DNA of 41,334 nucleotides from a virus: IMG/VR virus record IMGVR_UViG_3300045988_180547; one strand, 5' to 3'. Shown piece by piece: positions 7,965 to 18,044 of this stretch (position 1 is its first letter; each line of letters starts with the position of its first letter). The notes under the pieces were generated by a model. It saw only the letters and a program-made list of their open reading frames with translations, ran no database searches and was not told where the DNA came from. The position numbers and the translations under genes were made by a program.

Positions 7965-8983
7965 TTTTGCTCCTCGTATTCTTTTGATAATTTCTCATCT
8001 TTAAATTTATAAGCTTCTTCTTTTTTCTCTCTTTTACTTCTCTCTGTTTCTAATGCTATTTTATCCATAGCATTTTCAAAAACTAACTCTATCCTAGTTT
8101 CATAATCTCCATCTTTCCAAGTGTGTGTATCTTCAGCTATTAAAAAAGTTCCATAAAGTCCTGTTCTCTCTTCTTTAATTGCTACTGTATATCCAGCTTG
8201 AAGATTAACATTTCCATCTACTACTACTGTAGCCCTCTCATTTAAGCCTTTTAACATATCTCTTGCATTGAGAATATTATTCATATCCTCATTATACTGT
8301 AAAACTTCCTGGAATAATCCATATTTACTTTTATTCTCTTCATTGGCCACTTTATCAATTATTTGTCCATTATTTCCATCAGTTTTATAGACAACTACTT
8401 GGTTTACCATTCTATCTAAATCAGTCCTAAACACAGTATCTCTTATATTATCATAGCTAGTTAGTTCTGTTTCTAGCATTACATTTTCATCTAAAATCTC
8501 TATTTTACCATTATTACAAGCTACTGAATATATTTTTTTATCTTTATTATGTTGAATAGTATAAGCCATCAAAAGTATTTCATATCCTGTTCTATCAATA
8601 GCTGGGAAAGTACATTTTACTGTATCTTGTGGTAATCTCCCTATACCTAGTTTTAATTCTCCACAAATTTCTTTTACTATCTCACTTGGTACTTTATTAT
8701 AAAAATTTTTTACAAAATGGTTTCTATTTAAGTATATTCCATTATCTACTGCCTTTATGGTAACAACTGATGAGTTAGCTGTCTTACTTACTGAAAAAAC
8801 TCTTCCTTCAAAAAGAATATCTGTATTTTCTAATTTAAAACTAATTTTATCTCCAACTTTAAAATTAGAGTAGATATCTTCACACTCAAATTCTAAAGTT
8901 CTAAAAGTTCCATTTATTCCCCCGTTCCAAGTAACTCTTTGAAAACATTTTTGATATTTAACTCCATTATTTTCTATTATCAT
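7961..8983 (-). CDS. baseplate hub/ late-control-D-like protein (XkdQ-like)
   Basis: 340 aa, synteny after the tape measure. Confidence 0.5.
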   Translation of the reverse strand: MIIENNGVKYQKCFQRVTWNGGINGTFRTLEFECEDIYSNFKVGDKISFKLENTDILFEGRVFSVSKTANSSVVTIKAVDNGIYLNRNHFVKNFYNKVPSEIVKEICGELKLGIGRLPQDTVKCTFPAIDRTGYEILLMAYTIQHNKDKKIYSVACNNGKIEILDENVMLETELTSYDNIRDTVFRTDLDRMVNQVVVYKTDGNNGQIIDKVANEENKSKYGLFQEVLQYNEDMNNILNARDMLKGLNERATVVVDGNVNLQAGYTVAIKEERTGLYGTFLIAEDTHTWKDGDYETRIELVFENAMDKIALETERSKREKKEEAYKFKDEKLSKEYEEQK

Positions 8984-8985
8984 AT

Positions 8986-9429
8986 CTATAACCTCTCTAA
9001 TAGTCCTGTTAATAGATTTGACTGTCTACCTTGACTTCTATATTCAGTCAAAGTTATAGAAAAATCTATATCTCCAGTTCTTTCTCTGATAGAATAGGTA
9101 AACTCTGTAATTTGAACTTTCTTAGATATTAAAAACTCTGGAATCATAAAAGTTAAAACTTTTTCTGTATCTTTCCAATTTACTAAAGTTTCTACTGCTA
9201 GTATTGGAGTTAAAGGATTTACTAAGGAATAAAAATTGCTATCTAAATTAGGGAAAAAAGAACTAAAAGTAATAGATTCTACATTCTTTTTTCCAGTTTT
9301 ATTCTTTTCTCCATAGGATATAATATTTATTCTCTCTGTTTTTTGAGAGGTTTTTACCTCTAAATCTAATGGTGGGATTACAAAAACAAAAGGTTTCATT
9401 CTATCAGCTAAAATATATGTAGGTTTCAT
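8986..9429 (-). CDS. tail protein (XkdP position, no LysM detected)
   Basis: 147 aa directly after the tape measure. Confidence 0.4.
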   Translation of the reverse strand: MKPTYILADRMKPFVFVIPPLDLEVKTSQKTERINIISYGEKNKTGKKNVESITFSSFFPNLDSNFYSLVNPLTPILAVETLVNWKDTEKVLTFMIPEFLISKKVQITEFTYSIRERTGDIDFSITLTEYRSQGRQSNLLTGLLERL

Positions 9430-9430
9430 A

Positions 9431-11026
9431 TTACATTCCTCCCAGATATTTAAGATAAAGCCCTTCAGCTCCTGTATTTAGTTCTCTTTGAACTATTTTA
9501 CCTACTTCTTCAGGAGTTAAATTAGTTCCATTAAGATTTATAACTGGAGAATTATTTATAGTTACATTTTTATTATTTGAAGTATTATAAAGTTTATTGT
9601 AGATATCTTCCATACTATTTCCAGTAAATTTTTGAAATGGTTCAAATCCTAGCTTTTGGAATTCATCTTTTTTCTTTTTATCTTGGTTATAAGTTTCAAA
9701 ATTGGTTGAAACTATTGGGATATCATATCCATCTTTCCACTTTTCAAAATCAGCCCAAGTTTTTCCTAAGAAATTTCCTATTCCAGTTCCTACTACTCCA
9801 CCACCAATAACTGCTAGTTGAGCTATTGCTATTGGGTCTCCAGCCGCTGCTCTTAATCCTATAATTGCTGTAGTTGCTAAAGCTATTCCTTTAACTGCTT
9901 TACTTAAAACTGGTGGTAAATCATCAGCAAATTTTCTAAAAGCACTTATTCCATCTTCTGAAAAATTATTTATAAGATTTTTACAAGCTGTAATAGTATC
10001 ACTAAATCCTTTTATGGTAGAACCTATTCCACTAATTATATTTTCTACATCCTCTTTACTCCAATTATCTTTAAAACTCTTCCATGCATTTTCTATTTGA
10101 GGAATCATTTGCTCAAAGGCACTTCCTATTTTTCTTGTCCATCTATCTATAGTTCCATCTTCTTGCATTTTTACAAGATGATTAGCTAATCCAACAGCCT
10201 TTTGCTGAATATAGTCAAACATACTTCCTGTTATAACTTTACCATCAAGTCCTATTCCAGCTACTTGAGTTATAGCACTCTTCATAGTTCCTATTGAAGT
10301 AGACATAGCCCCATAGAAAGTGTTAGCTTGTTTTTCCATAGCTCCCCCAAAATTATCATTAATCATAGCCTTCAAAATAACTCTGAGAGCTTTAAAATCA
10401 GTAATTTGTCCTTTTGAATTTATTAAATCTCCTTTTCCTACTTCTTTTGAATAATCTTCTATCATTTTTTTAGTAATTCCAAATTCTTTTAATCTTTCTA
10501 ATTCTCCTGTTTTAGCATCTCCTATAGCTTCAACAGCTTGCATAAGAGGTTTTCCCATAGCTGATGCCATATCTCCTATGTATCTAATATCTTCTTTATC
10601 AAATCCTAATGTTTTTAATCTTACAACTCCCTCTATTACTTCTGCATTTTGGAATGGAGTAACATTAGCAAACTTATTAGCCCATGTCATTGTTTCAGCT
10701 GCTTGTTTTTCATCTTTAAGTACAGTTTCTAATACATTTCTATACTTCTCCATATCAGCAGCTCCTTTTATAGCATAAGCACCAAGCCCACCTATTCCAG
10801 CAGCTCCAATAGCTCCTAATTTAACTACTGTTCCACTTATTTTATTTACTACACTTCCCATTTTATCTAGTCCACTATTAATTCTAATTGCTGAATTTTG
10901 AACTACAGAGACTGTGTTTCTAAAAGTTCTCTCAAATCCAACAGCACTTCTTCTAGCTCCTTCTATTGCACTAGAGAATCTGTCTTTTAACTCTAATACT
11001 GCACTTAAAACAAAATTATCTGCCAC
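9431..11026 (-). CDS. tail tape measure protein
   Basis: About 530 aa, Gly/Ala-rich helical segments (LGAIGAAGIGGLGAYAIKG); the true start is probably GTG at 11026 preceded by RBS AGGAGGTG, rather than the ORF-track start at 11059, which lies in the upstream terminator. Confidence 0.7.
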   Translation of the reverse strand: MADNFVLSAVLELKDRFSSAIEGARRSAVGFERTFRNTVSVVQNSAIRINSGLDKMGSVVNKISGTVVKLGAIGAAGIGGLGAYAIKGAADMEKYRNVLETVLKDEKQAAETMTWANKFANVTPFQNAEVIEGVVRLKTLGFDKEDIRYIGDMASAMGKPLMQAVEAIGDAKTGELERLKEFGITKKMIEDYSKEVGKGDLINSKGQITDFKALRVILKAMINDNFGGAMEKQANTFYGAMSTSIGTMKSAITQVAGIGLDGKVITGSMFDYIQQKAVGLANHLVKMQEDGTIDRWTRKIGSAFEQMIPQIENAWKSFKDNWSKEDVENIISGIGSTIKGFSDTITACKNLINNFSEDGISAFRKFADDLPPVLSKAVKGIALATTAIIGLRAAAGDPIAIAQLAVIGGGVVGTGIGNFLGKTWADFEKWKDGYDIPIVSTNFETYNQDKKKKDEFQKLGFEPFQKFTGNSMEDIYNKLYNTSNNKNVTINNSPVINLNGTNLTPEEVGKIVQRELNTGAEGLYLKYLGGM

Positions 11027-11048
11027 TATATCACCTCCTAAATTCAAA

Positions 11049-11079
11049 TAAAAAAGCACCTAGTAAAAACTAAGTGCTT
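11049..11079 (-). terminator. rho-independent terminator (minus strand) after the moron gene
   Basis: Minus-strand RNA: aagcacUuag-uuuuua-cuagGugcuu plus a U-run; the single imperfect position is a U-G wobble on the minus strand but a C-A mismatch on the plus strand. Confidence 0.55.
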
Positions 11080-11093
11080 AGTAATTTATTTTA

Positions 11094-11603
11094 TTAAAAT
11101 TTATCTAGCATATCATTAAAATCTTTATAGGATACATTTTTTAAAATATGCCCATTTTTAAATGTTAATTCTCCAAAAGACATAGTAGGAGAATCAGCAT
11201 AAACAAAGACAGAATCTCCTTTATTTAATTCAAAATATTTTTCTTGCTCTTCTTCATTGATATAAACATCAGTTCCATCTTCAAATACAATAATATATTT
11301 GTCATCAAAAGCCCCTGAATCAAGAGATTTTATAGTTCCTTTCATAAAAAATATATTTTCTTCATCATTATAATTATGTAATGCTCTAGGCTCATTTTTT
11401 TTAAATTCTTCTAATAATACATTCGTATCATCTAATAAATGAATTTTAAAACAACTTGACTCATGAGTTGAACACATAGCCTTTAAAAACTTATCGCACT
11501 TCATACATTGATAAGCATACTTTATTCCTAATTTATCTCTCATGGCGGAAAATGTAGTGTTAAACATTGATAACAATAACATTAAAATACATAACTTCTT
11601 CAT
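11094..11603 (-). CDS. secreted Cys-containing protein (moron), true start at the internal Met MKKLCILMLLL
   Basis: RBS AAGGGAG 9 nt upstream of the internal ATG; signal-peptide-like N-terminus; own terminator; located between the tail chaperone and tape measure. Confidence 0.5.
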   Translation of the reverse strand: MKKLCILMLLLSMFNTTFSAMRDKLGIKYAYQCMKCDKFLKAMCSTHESSCFKIHLLDDTNVLLEEFKKNEPRALHNYNDEENIFFMKGTIKSLDSGAFDDKYIIVFEDGTDVYINEEEQEKYFELNKGDSVFVYADSPTMSFGELTFKNGHILKNVSYKDFNDMLDKF

Positions 11604-11780
11604 AAAAATCATCTCCCTTAAATAATACCCTATATTAGAGATTATCCTATACAGGATGTTATTTGTCAAGAGAGGAGAAAAGAAAAGCTAGCTCCTTAAA
11701 ACTAAGCTCTTCTAATTCCTTTAATTTCCAACCTTTCTTTATATATTCAGAGTAAGTATAAGCTATCCAATTACTACTAA

Positions 11781-12161
11781 TTACTTTTTTATATCTTCAG
11801 CAACCTTGGTGATTAAGTTATCTCCTGTTATTCCACTCTCTTCTAAAAGTAACTTTACTATAGAGGTCTTTTCAGCATGGGTAAATAATTTATTTACTAC
11901 CAACTCAGGATTATCTTTACATTCTAAACTATTAATAATACTATCTGAACTCAATTTAGGTTCTATACAAGCTCCATATAAAGTCTCAGCATCTTTATCA
12001 CTAGAGTTACTACTTAAAATATCTAAATACTCCACTCTACTTATTTTTTTTAATTTAATACTTCCACCTAGCCTTTTTATTTCTATCTCTAAAGCTTTTT
12101 CTTGATTTTTTTCAAGTTCCTTAGATTTAGTTAAAATATCTTCTATACTAACTATGGCCAT
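11781..12161 (-). CDS. tail assembly chaperone (XkdN-like)
   Basis: 126 aa between the tube and tape measure. Confidence 0.5.
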   Translation of the reverse strand: MAIVSIEDILTKSKELEKNQEKALEIEIKRLGGSIKLKKISRVEYLDILSSNSSDKDAETLYGACIEPKLSSDSIINSLECKDNPELVVNKLFTHAEKTSIVKLLLEESGITGDNLITKVAEDIKK

Positions 12162-12170
12162 TTTTCCCTC

Positions 12171-12608
12171 CTACTTAATTTCACTTTCATATTCAGCATC
12201 ATCTGGTGTAAATCCAAATGGAAATGTTTCTCCTATTCCTTCTCCTCTGGTAAAAGCTGCTAAAGCTAACTCATTGAACCATACATTATCTAAAGATACT
12301 CTTTCCTCTTGTCCACCTTTAGCATCAGGGTCTTTTATAGAAACAACTAATCTACTTCTTACATCTTTTCCTTTTTTCCAATTTCTTAATATCTCTGCAC
12401 TTCTCGAATAAACCTTATTTACCTCTAAAGTTCCCTCTCCTTTAAGTCCAGTTATTTTACTATCTACTGATAATCCTAATTGAACTTCCTTTCTATTAGC
12501 TATAACTTTAGATTCTATTTTTGATACTTCCATACACTTTAAATTATCTATCCACAAAGTTCCATGAGCTCCTGAAAGTGTCTGATTCCCTCTTAAAACC
12601 TCTTCCAT
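12171..12608 (-). CDS. tail tube protein (XkdM-like)
   Basis: 145 aa directly downstream of the sheath-like gene. Confidence 0.6.
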   Translation of the reverse strand: MEEVLRGNQTLSGAHGTLWIDNLKCMEVSKIESKVIANRKEVQLGLSVDSKITGLKGEGTLEVNKVYSRSAEILRNWKKGKDVRSRLVVSIKDPDAKGGQEERVSLDNVWFNELALAAFTRGEGIGETFPFGFTPDDAEYESEIK

Positions 12609-12619
12609 ACTCTACCTCC

Positions 12620-13693
12620 TTACATTGTTATGACTAAATTAAGATTAACCATTGTATTAGCAAACATAACATTTCCAGATAAATAAACATCAGCTCCAGT
12701 ATTGAACTTCAATATTTCCAACTCTGTCATTTCCTCTGGGTCATATCTTCCATCTAATACTATTGCTTGTTTTTGTTGCTCAAAGTCAATCTCAATCTTA
12801 TTATCAAAATCAGCATCCAATACATTTGGCTGTAAATTTTTAAAATATACTTTATTTACATTAGAGCAAAAATTCATTTTGTTATCATAGTTATTGATAT
12901 AGATACCTTGCCAATAATTTTTGAATGTATCTCTAATATCATCAACTACAATACATATCCCCTCAACTATCTTAATGTATCTAGTATCAGATTTCCAAGT
13001 ACTATCAAATTTTGTTTTAGAGTTTACAGCCATATTGATTCTAACTTTTCCATCATCATTATATAATGATAGCTTTCCAAGTGCTGGTTCTACATCTGTT
13101 ACTTCTAATAAATCAGACATAACTATATTATCTCCACTTCTATTTAAAGGTAATCCAGCAAATAAACCAGCTATTGCTACTGTATATTCTTGAGCTGTAA
13201 AATCTCCAAGTTTAGATTTATAAGTTCCAGTATTAGCAAGTTCTATTATTGCTGGGTGGTCTGAATTAGTAGCAAATGAACTTACATATTTTACAGTCTT
13301 CAATATCTTTTCTGTTCCAAATACTTGTTTTACCCAAGTAACAACTTTTCCATCCTCTTCACTTTCAGCATTAGGACAAGCTAACCAATTCATCTTTCTA
13401 CTTTTAAAAGTTCCAAGAATAGTATTAATATCTTCTTCTGCTTCCTGTCTTACTGCTACTATCTTTTTAGGACTATAAGTTTGCATAGCTAACTGAATTA
13501 ATTTTTGTGACTTTTCACTCCATTTTTTAGTATCTATATCAGCTATTGTAGTAATAGTAGTAAATTTTTCAGTACTAGTTTCATCTTTTAAAACTATATA
13601 TAAGATACCCAATTCACTTCTTTGAATAGCTGTTGTTGCTAAAGTTTTAAAAACAACTGATATATCTGGAGTAGGATTTATAGCTCCTGCCAT
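12620..13693 (-). CDS. tail sheath protein
   Basis: 357 aa preceding the tube gene; contractile-tail synteny. Confidence 0.55.
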   Translation of the reverse strand: MAGAINPTPDISVVFKTLATTAIQRSELGILYIVLKDETSTEKFTTITTIADIDTKKWSEKSQKLIQLAMQTYSPKKIVAVRQEAEEDINTILGTFKSRKMNWLACPNAESEEDGKVVTWVKQVFGTEKILKTVKYVSSFATNSDHPAIIELANTGTYKSKLGDFTAQEYTVAIAGLFAGLPLNRSGDNIVMSDLLEVTDVEPALGKLSLYNDDGKVRINMAVNSKTKFDSTWKSDTRYIKIVEGICIVVDDIRDTFKNYWQGIYINNYDNKMNFCSNVNKVYFKNLQPNVLDADFDNKIEIDFEQQKQAIVLDGRYDPEEMTELEILKFNTGADVYLSGNVMFANTMVNLNLVITM

Positions 13694-14151
13694 TATTTAT
13701 CATCTCCTTTGTTAAAATTTAAGTGTAATTCTTGCATTAATTCATAATCAATAGGTTTTCCATATCTATCATATAGTTCTATACTGAATTGATAGTGTCC
13801 TAACTTATCAACTTCATGCATCATTACATTTTTCATAGTTAAATATCTCTTTTCTACCTCTTCATCAGCAACTACAAGAATTTTATTTCCTGCAACCTCA
13901 AAGTTATTATCTAAATCCTCTAAAGCTGAATATATTTCAGTTGTATTTCCTTCTTGCTTTTCTGGAATATAGATAATATCAAAGTCTAGTTTCTTAAATT
14001 CTCTATAATTACTATTGAACTCTTTTTGATAATCTATAAGATCAATAAAAAAACAAGGTCTAGTTCCCTTGTTGATATCATCATATCTTACTTCATACCC
14101 AAGAGCTTTTATTTTTTGAGTTAAAGCTCTTCTAAAATCCAAAAATTTCAC
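13693..14151 (-). CDS. tail completion/ head-tail joining protein
   Basis: 152 aa, synteny. Confidence 0.4.
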   Translation of the reverse strand: MKFLDFRRALTQKIKALGYEVRYDDINKGTRPCFFIDLIDYQKEFNSNYREFKKLDFDIIYIPEKQEGNTTEIYSALEDLDNNFEVAGNKILVVADEEVEKRYLTMKNVMMHEVDKLGHYQFSIELYDRYGKPIDYELMQELHLNFNKGDDK

Positions 14152-14155
14152 TATA

Positions 14156-14527
14156 TCACCTACTTATTAGGTTTTTATACATAGTTTCTAAATCTCTATA
14201 AAAAGTCATTCTAACTCTATTTATCCCTTTGTGTAACATATGTCTACCTCTTACTATTCCCACTACTCTTTTCCCTCTTATGATTCTATGTCCAAATTCA
14301 ATATGTGATGCATAGGTAGTGTTGTTATAGACTATTTGCTTAAAACTTCCACCATTTTTTCTTTGCCAAGCATTTCTAAGAGTTCCTGTATCGACTGGAG
14401 TCAGTTTCTTAGTTTCTCTTATAATCTCATTAGCTTTTTTCTTTAAAAACTTTTCAGTTTCTTTTGGAAAATCAGTTTTCAAACTCTCTATTTTCTTTAA
14501 CCATTCATCCATACCATTAATCGACAT
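14156..14527 (-). CDS. HK97 gp10-like head-tail connector component
   Basis: Motif PVDTGTLRNAW typical of the gp10 family. Confidence 0.55.
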   Translation of the reverse strand: MSINGMDEWLKKIESLKTDFPKETEKFLKKKANEIIRETKKLTPVDTGTLRNAWQRKNGGSFKQIVYNNTTYASHIEFGHRIIRGKRVVGIVRGRHMLHKGINRVRMTFYRDLETMYKNLISR

Positions 14528-14861
14528 TTTCTATCACTTCTTTCAAGACTACCTCTTGATGAGGGATTACATCATAGTATTTAAAAGGAAAAGAGGCTCT
14601 AGCTATATATTTGCTAGAACCTCTGTGAACTTCTAATCTATCATTTTGGAGAACTTCTGTTGATAAAGGTATAAATAATCTAAATTCTTGTTCAGAACTA
14701 TTTATAAGAGTATTAGATGAGCCTTTTATAGTAGACTTAGATAATCTGCACTTATTATTTTCAGATATCAATACTTCCTCTTCTACAGTTCCACCATAAC
14801 CATCATCTTTGGTTATGGATCTATAGATAGAAAAAGTATCAGTATATAATTTATCTACCAT
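14517..14861 (-). CDS. head closure/ head-tail adaptor protein
   Basis: 114 aa, synteny. Confidence 0.4.
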   Translation of the reverse strand: MVDKLYTDTFSIYRSITKDDGYGGTVEEEVLISENNKCRLSKSTIKGSSNTLINSSEQEFRLFIPLSTEVLQNDRLEVHRGSSKYIARASFPFKYYDVIPHQEVVLKEVIENVD

Positions 14862-15262
14862 ATGAGTCTCCTAAATTTAATTAAATCTTTTTCTCCAATA
14901 TTTATCAAGTAGTTTATAATTTTATCTAATCTTTGTTCTAAAGTTAATATTCCTTCTGTTACATAGGTTATTGAAGTATCTCCTACCTGTAATTGTTTCT
15001 CTATTCTTTCACTATCAATTTCAGGTAAAGCCCCAGAGTTTTTTTTCAAAAATAAAAACTCGCCAATAGTTCTATCTATAACAATATTTTTAATAGTAGA
15101 TGGAATAGTTTCTAAAGTATAATTCTGATTAGTAAAATTATTAATTCCATCTATTACTTTTTCAACTAAAAGTTCTAAAAGTTGAGAATCATCTTCCTGT
15201 TCTTCCCATTTTAAAATTCTTAGTTTTAATGCTATTCCATCTTCTATTGTCATTATAATCAC
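14855..15262 (-). CDS. head-tail connector (gp6-like) protein
   Basis: 135 aa directly after the capsid gene. Confidence 0.4.
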   Translation of the reverse strand: MIIMTIEDGIALKLRILKWEEQEDDSQLLELLVEKVIDGINNFTNQNYTLETIPSTIKNIVIDRTIGEFLFLKKNSGALPEIDSERIEKQLQVGDTSITYVTEGILTLEQRLDKIINYLINIGEKDLIKFRRLIW

Positions 15263-16452
15263 TATCCTCTTGATATAATTCTAGCAATAGGAATAGCTTT
15301 ATGGTTTATGTATTTTTTCTTAGATGTAGATTTATTATTTACTAACTCCCAGTTAGCTCCTGCTTTTAGCTCATCATCAGTTGGAGATAATGAAGCTTGA
15401 GATGATTTAGTATAAGAGATTCCATATGGTGCAAATACTTTTCTTTGTCTTGAGTAGAGTGTAGTTTGCCCACCGTTTGTTTTAGGGTCTCTTGACATTT
15501 CAGATGGTACTTTAGCTCCTATATTTTCATAGTCTATTGCCCCTTCTCCTAATAAGTATGAAGTGTATATAGCTTCATTTTGAATATGTTGTACATACTC
15601 ATTTTCTTTAATATCTGAAATATCTTCTTGAACTGTTGCTAAAGCTACTTCTCCTAATCCTTCTCCAGCTGTAGTTACTTTCAAAGCTCCTACATCTGTA
15701 GAATTACATCTCACATATAAAGAATCAATTAATGATACAGGCATAGAATCATCAACTAATACTAATCTTCCATTCCAAGTTGCTAAGTTTAACTCTCTTT
15801 CTATTCCATCTTTATCTGTAAACTTTAAATAAGATAATAATTTTAAGTTTTCAAGATTAGTAGCTACACTTGAGTGCATTACTATTAGAGAAAATTTTGA
15901 TTTATTATCTCCACAAGCTTTTTGTGCTGCTGAATTTAAAGTAGTAGCTGATACATATCCTTTAGTAAAGGCTTCTTTACTTATATCTAAAGTATGTCCA
16001 TTTACAAATTTTAAGTTGTCAGCTCCAGTCATTGCGAATATTCCTTGTAAAACCGCTAATAGAGTTTCTTGGTCTATTCCAGCCCAATACTCAGCTACTT
16101 GTGCTGCTACATTGTCCATAAAATCTACTCCACCAGTAATATCATAAGAAAAGTCATCTTCTGTCCAAGCTTTAGCTCTTCCAGTAACAACTACTCCTCT
16201 TTCATATGTATCTGTAGTTTCAGAATCAATATTAGTCTTACCATCATAGTTTACAGGTACTCCACCTAAATTTCCAAAGAATGGGATAATAGCATATCCT
16301 GTACCTGTTTGAGAACTAAAAGCTTCAGCTATTTGAGCATTTCTTTTTAATGCTCTTGATTTTAAAAGTTCATTTCTTTTTAGATTTGGTATTCTATCTA
16401 CATACTTACCAAATGCTTCTCCATTAAATGTTTTTTCATTAAATTTTGACAT
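15262..16452 (-). CDS. major capsid protein
   Basis: 396 aa after the scaffold, RBS AAGGAGTG; order scaffold then capsid. Confidence 0.7.
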   Translation of the reverse strand: MSKFNEKTFNGEAFGKYVDRIPNLKRNELLKSRALKRNAQIAEAFSSQTGTGYAIIPFFGNLGGVPVNYDGKTNIDSETTDTYERGVVVTGRAKAWTEDDFSYDITGGVDFMDNVAAQVAEYWAGIDQETLLAVLQGIFAMTGADNLKFVNGHTLDISKEAFTKGYVSATTLNSAAQKACGDNKSKFSLIVMHSSVATNLENLKLLSYLKFTDKDGIERELNLATWNGRLVLVDDSMPVSLIDSLYVRCNSTDVGALKVTTAGEGLGEVALATVQEDISDIKENEYVQHIQNEAIYTSYLLGEGAIDYENIGAKVPSEMSRDPKTNGGQTTLYSRQRKVFAPYGISYTKSSQASLSPTDDELKAGANWELVNNKSTSKKKYINHKAIPIARIISRG

Positions 16453-16465
16453 TTTTCATCACTCC

Positions 16466-17053
16466 TTAATCTATTTTTACTCCTGGATTTTCTGCTAAAT
16501 ATTTTTCCATTTGAGAATAAGTCATCTCATTGAAATTTACTTTCTTTTCAGGATTTCCCGCTGGATTTCCACCTTTAGGTGTTTGTGTTACTTCAAATAA
16601 AAAAGATGAGTCAACTGCTGATTTTAAAACTTTCAATTGCTCATCTAATCCTACAACTTTCCCATCTTCTCCTATTTTTGCTCCATCTAAATTTAATAAT
16701 GCTTTTACTGCTTTATTATTTTTAGCTCCTGCACTCATTAGTGCTATATCTAAAGCATTATCTAATCTAATTTTTTCTATATTATCAGCATACTCTTTGT
16801 CTTTAGCTTTTTGAGCTTCTTGCATATCTGATATTTGCTTTTTAAGTTCCTCATTATCTCCTACATTTTTTTTCACCTCCTCTAAATTCTTAGTTAATGA
16901 CTTATTACTCTCAGCTAGTTGATTTTTTTCAGTTTCTAGCTCTAAATATTTAGCTCTTTCTACATATCCTTCTAACTCTTTTTTAGATTCTCCAGCTACT
17001 TTTATAGCTAGTTCCTCTCCGAGTCCTAATGCTATTAATTGTTCTTTAGTCAT
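16466..17053 (-). CDS. scaffolding protein
   Basis: 195 aa, highly charged coiled coil upstream of the capsid. Confidence 0.6.
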   Translation of the reverse strand: MTKEQLIALGLGEELAIKVAGESKKELEGYVERAKYLELETEKNQLAESNKSLTKNLEEVKKNVGDNEELKKQISDMQEAQKAKDKEYADNIEKIRLDNALDIALMSAGAKNNKAVKALLNLDGAKIGEDGKVVGLDEQLKVLKSAVDSSFLFEVTQTPKGGNPAGNPEKKVNFNEMTYSQMEKYLAENPGVKID

Positions 17054-17312
17054 TTATTTTTCCTCCTTTTTGATATCTGGTCCCCAGAAAATGTATTTTT
17101 TATTTTTACCTTTTCTTTCTCTTAGAGCTCCACAAATAAAACCTATAACTGCTCCTCCTATAGTTCCTATAAATAAATATCCTGCTGGTGTCATTTCTCT
17201 CATCTCCTTTTAGTTCTATATAAAAAAGAGCAAGGAATCCCACTAGCATAAGTTCCCTGCCCTATTTTGTACCATCTTTCATGATTGATAAAAGCAAAAA
17301 TTTCTCCCATTT

Positions 17313-17765
17313 TTACACCTCTTTTTTTATATTTGCCATTCCTAAAGCAAATCCAAGTCCATACCATATTTGATTTTTAACTCTTTCTAATAGAATTTCA
17401 GCTCCTATTTCCTCTGAATAGTTTTTATCATCTACACTAGAAGTTGATTCTATTCCAGTAAATCCATTAGCTAGTTTATACTCCATCACAGTAGTTTTCT
17501 TACCAAACATAATTTTTGTATAAATATTTTTCTCTACTATAAAATCCTCTACTAGTTTTTCTGGAATTTTATTATTCTCTATTTCGTATGCTTTTCTTAA
17601 AAAGATATCTTTAGGACACATGCTTGTTCTCCCATCTTTATGAAATATCCTATAAACTCTTTCTTGCGAAGTTTTCCCATTTCCAAGACCTTCGCTTTCA
17701 TAATAATTAGCTAAGCTCATTTCTTCTACTTCTACAACTTCAGTTGTTAAAAACTGTTTTCTCAT
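17313..17765 (-). CDS. hypothetical protein
   Basis: 150-aa ORF between the terminator and scaffold. Confidence 0.4.
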   Translation of the reverse strand: MRKQFLTTEVVEVEEMSLANYYESEGLGNGKTSQERVYRIFHKDGRTSMCPKDIFLRKAYEIENNKIPEKLVEDFIVEKNIYTKIMFGKKTTVMEYKLANGFTGIESTSSVDDKNYSEEIGAEILLERVKNQIWYGLGFALGMANIKKEV

Positions 17766-17794
17766 TCCTATCGCTCCTTATATTTTTGCATTAA

Positions 17795-17822
17795 AAAAGC
17801 ACCTAGATTTCTCTAAGTGCTC
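17795..17822 (-). terminator. rho-independent terminator (minus strand), near-copy of the 11049..11079 hairpin
   Basis: gcacUuaga/ucuaGgugc stem plus a U6 run on minus-strand RNA; same U-G versus C-A strand asymmetry. Confidence 0.5.
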
Positions 17823-17840
17823 GAATCTTAGTATTATTTT

Positions 17841-18044
17841 TTATCCTAAGAAAAACTCTATTTCCTCATTTTGAATAGCTTCTACTAATTTTTCTTCTCC
17901 TAATTTCTTTAGCTTCTCTATTCCTTCCTCATATTTATCATTTACTCCTTCTAAAACTAAATCAGTAGTAAGTCCCATTTCAAATAAAATTTCATCTATT
18001 TTTTCTTTATTTTTGTTATCTTTTATATAATTAATATACAACAT
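17841..18044 (-). CDS. hypothetical protein
   Basis: 67-aa ORF. Confidence 0.35.
   Translation of the reverse strand: MLYINYIKDNKNKEKIDEILFEMGLTTDLVLEGVNDKYEEGIEKLKKLGEEKLVEAIQNEEIEFFLG

Noticed and set aside
9431-11059. ORF-track start of the tape measure at 11059 (MLFYLNLGG...)
   Set aside because: Those codons are the terminator hairpin of the upstream moron. A GTG at 11026 with a perfect AGGAGGTG RBS is the more plausible start
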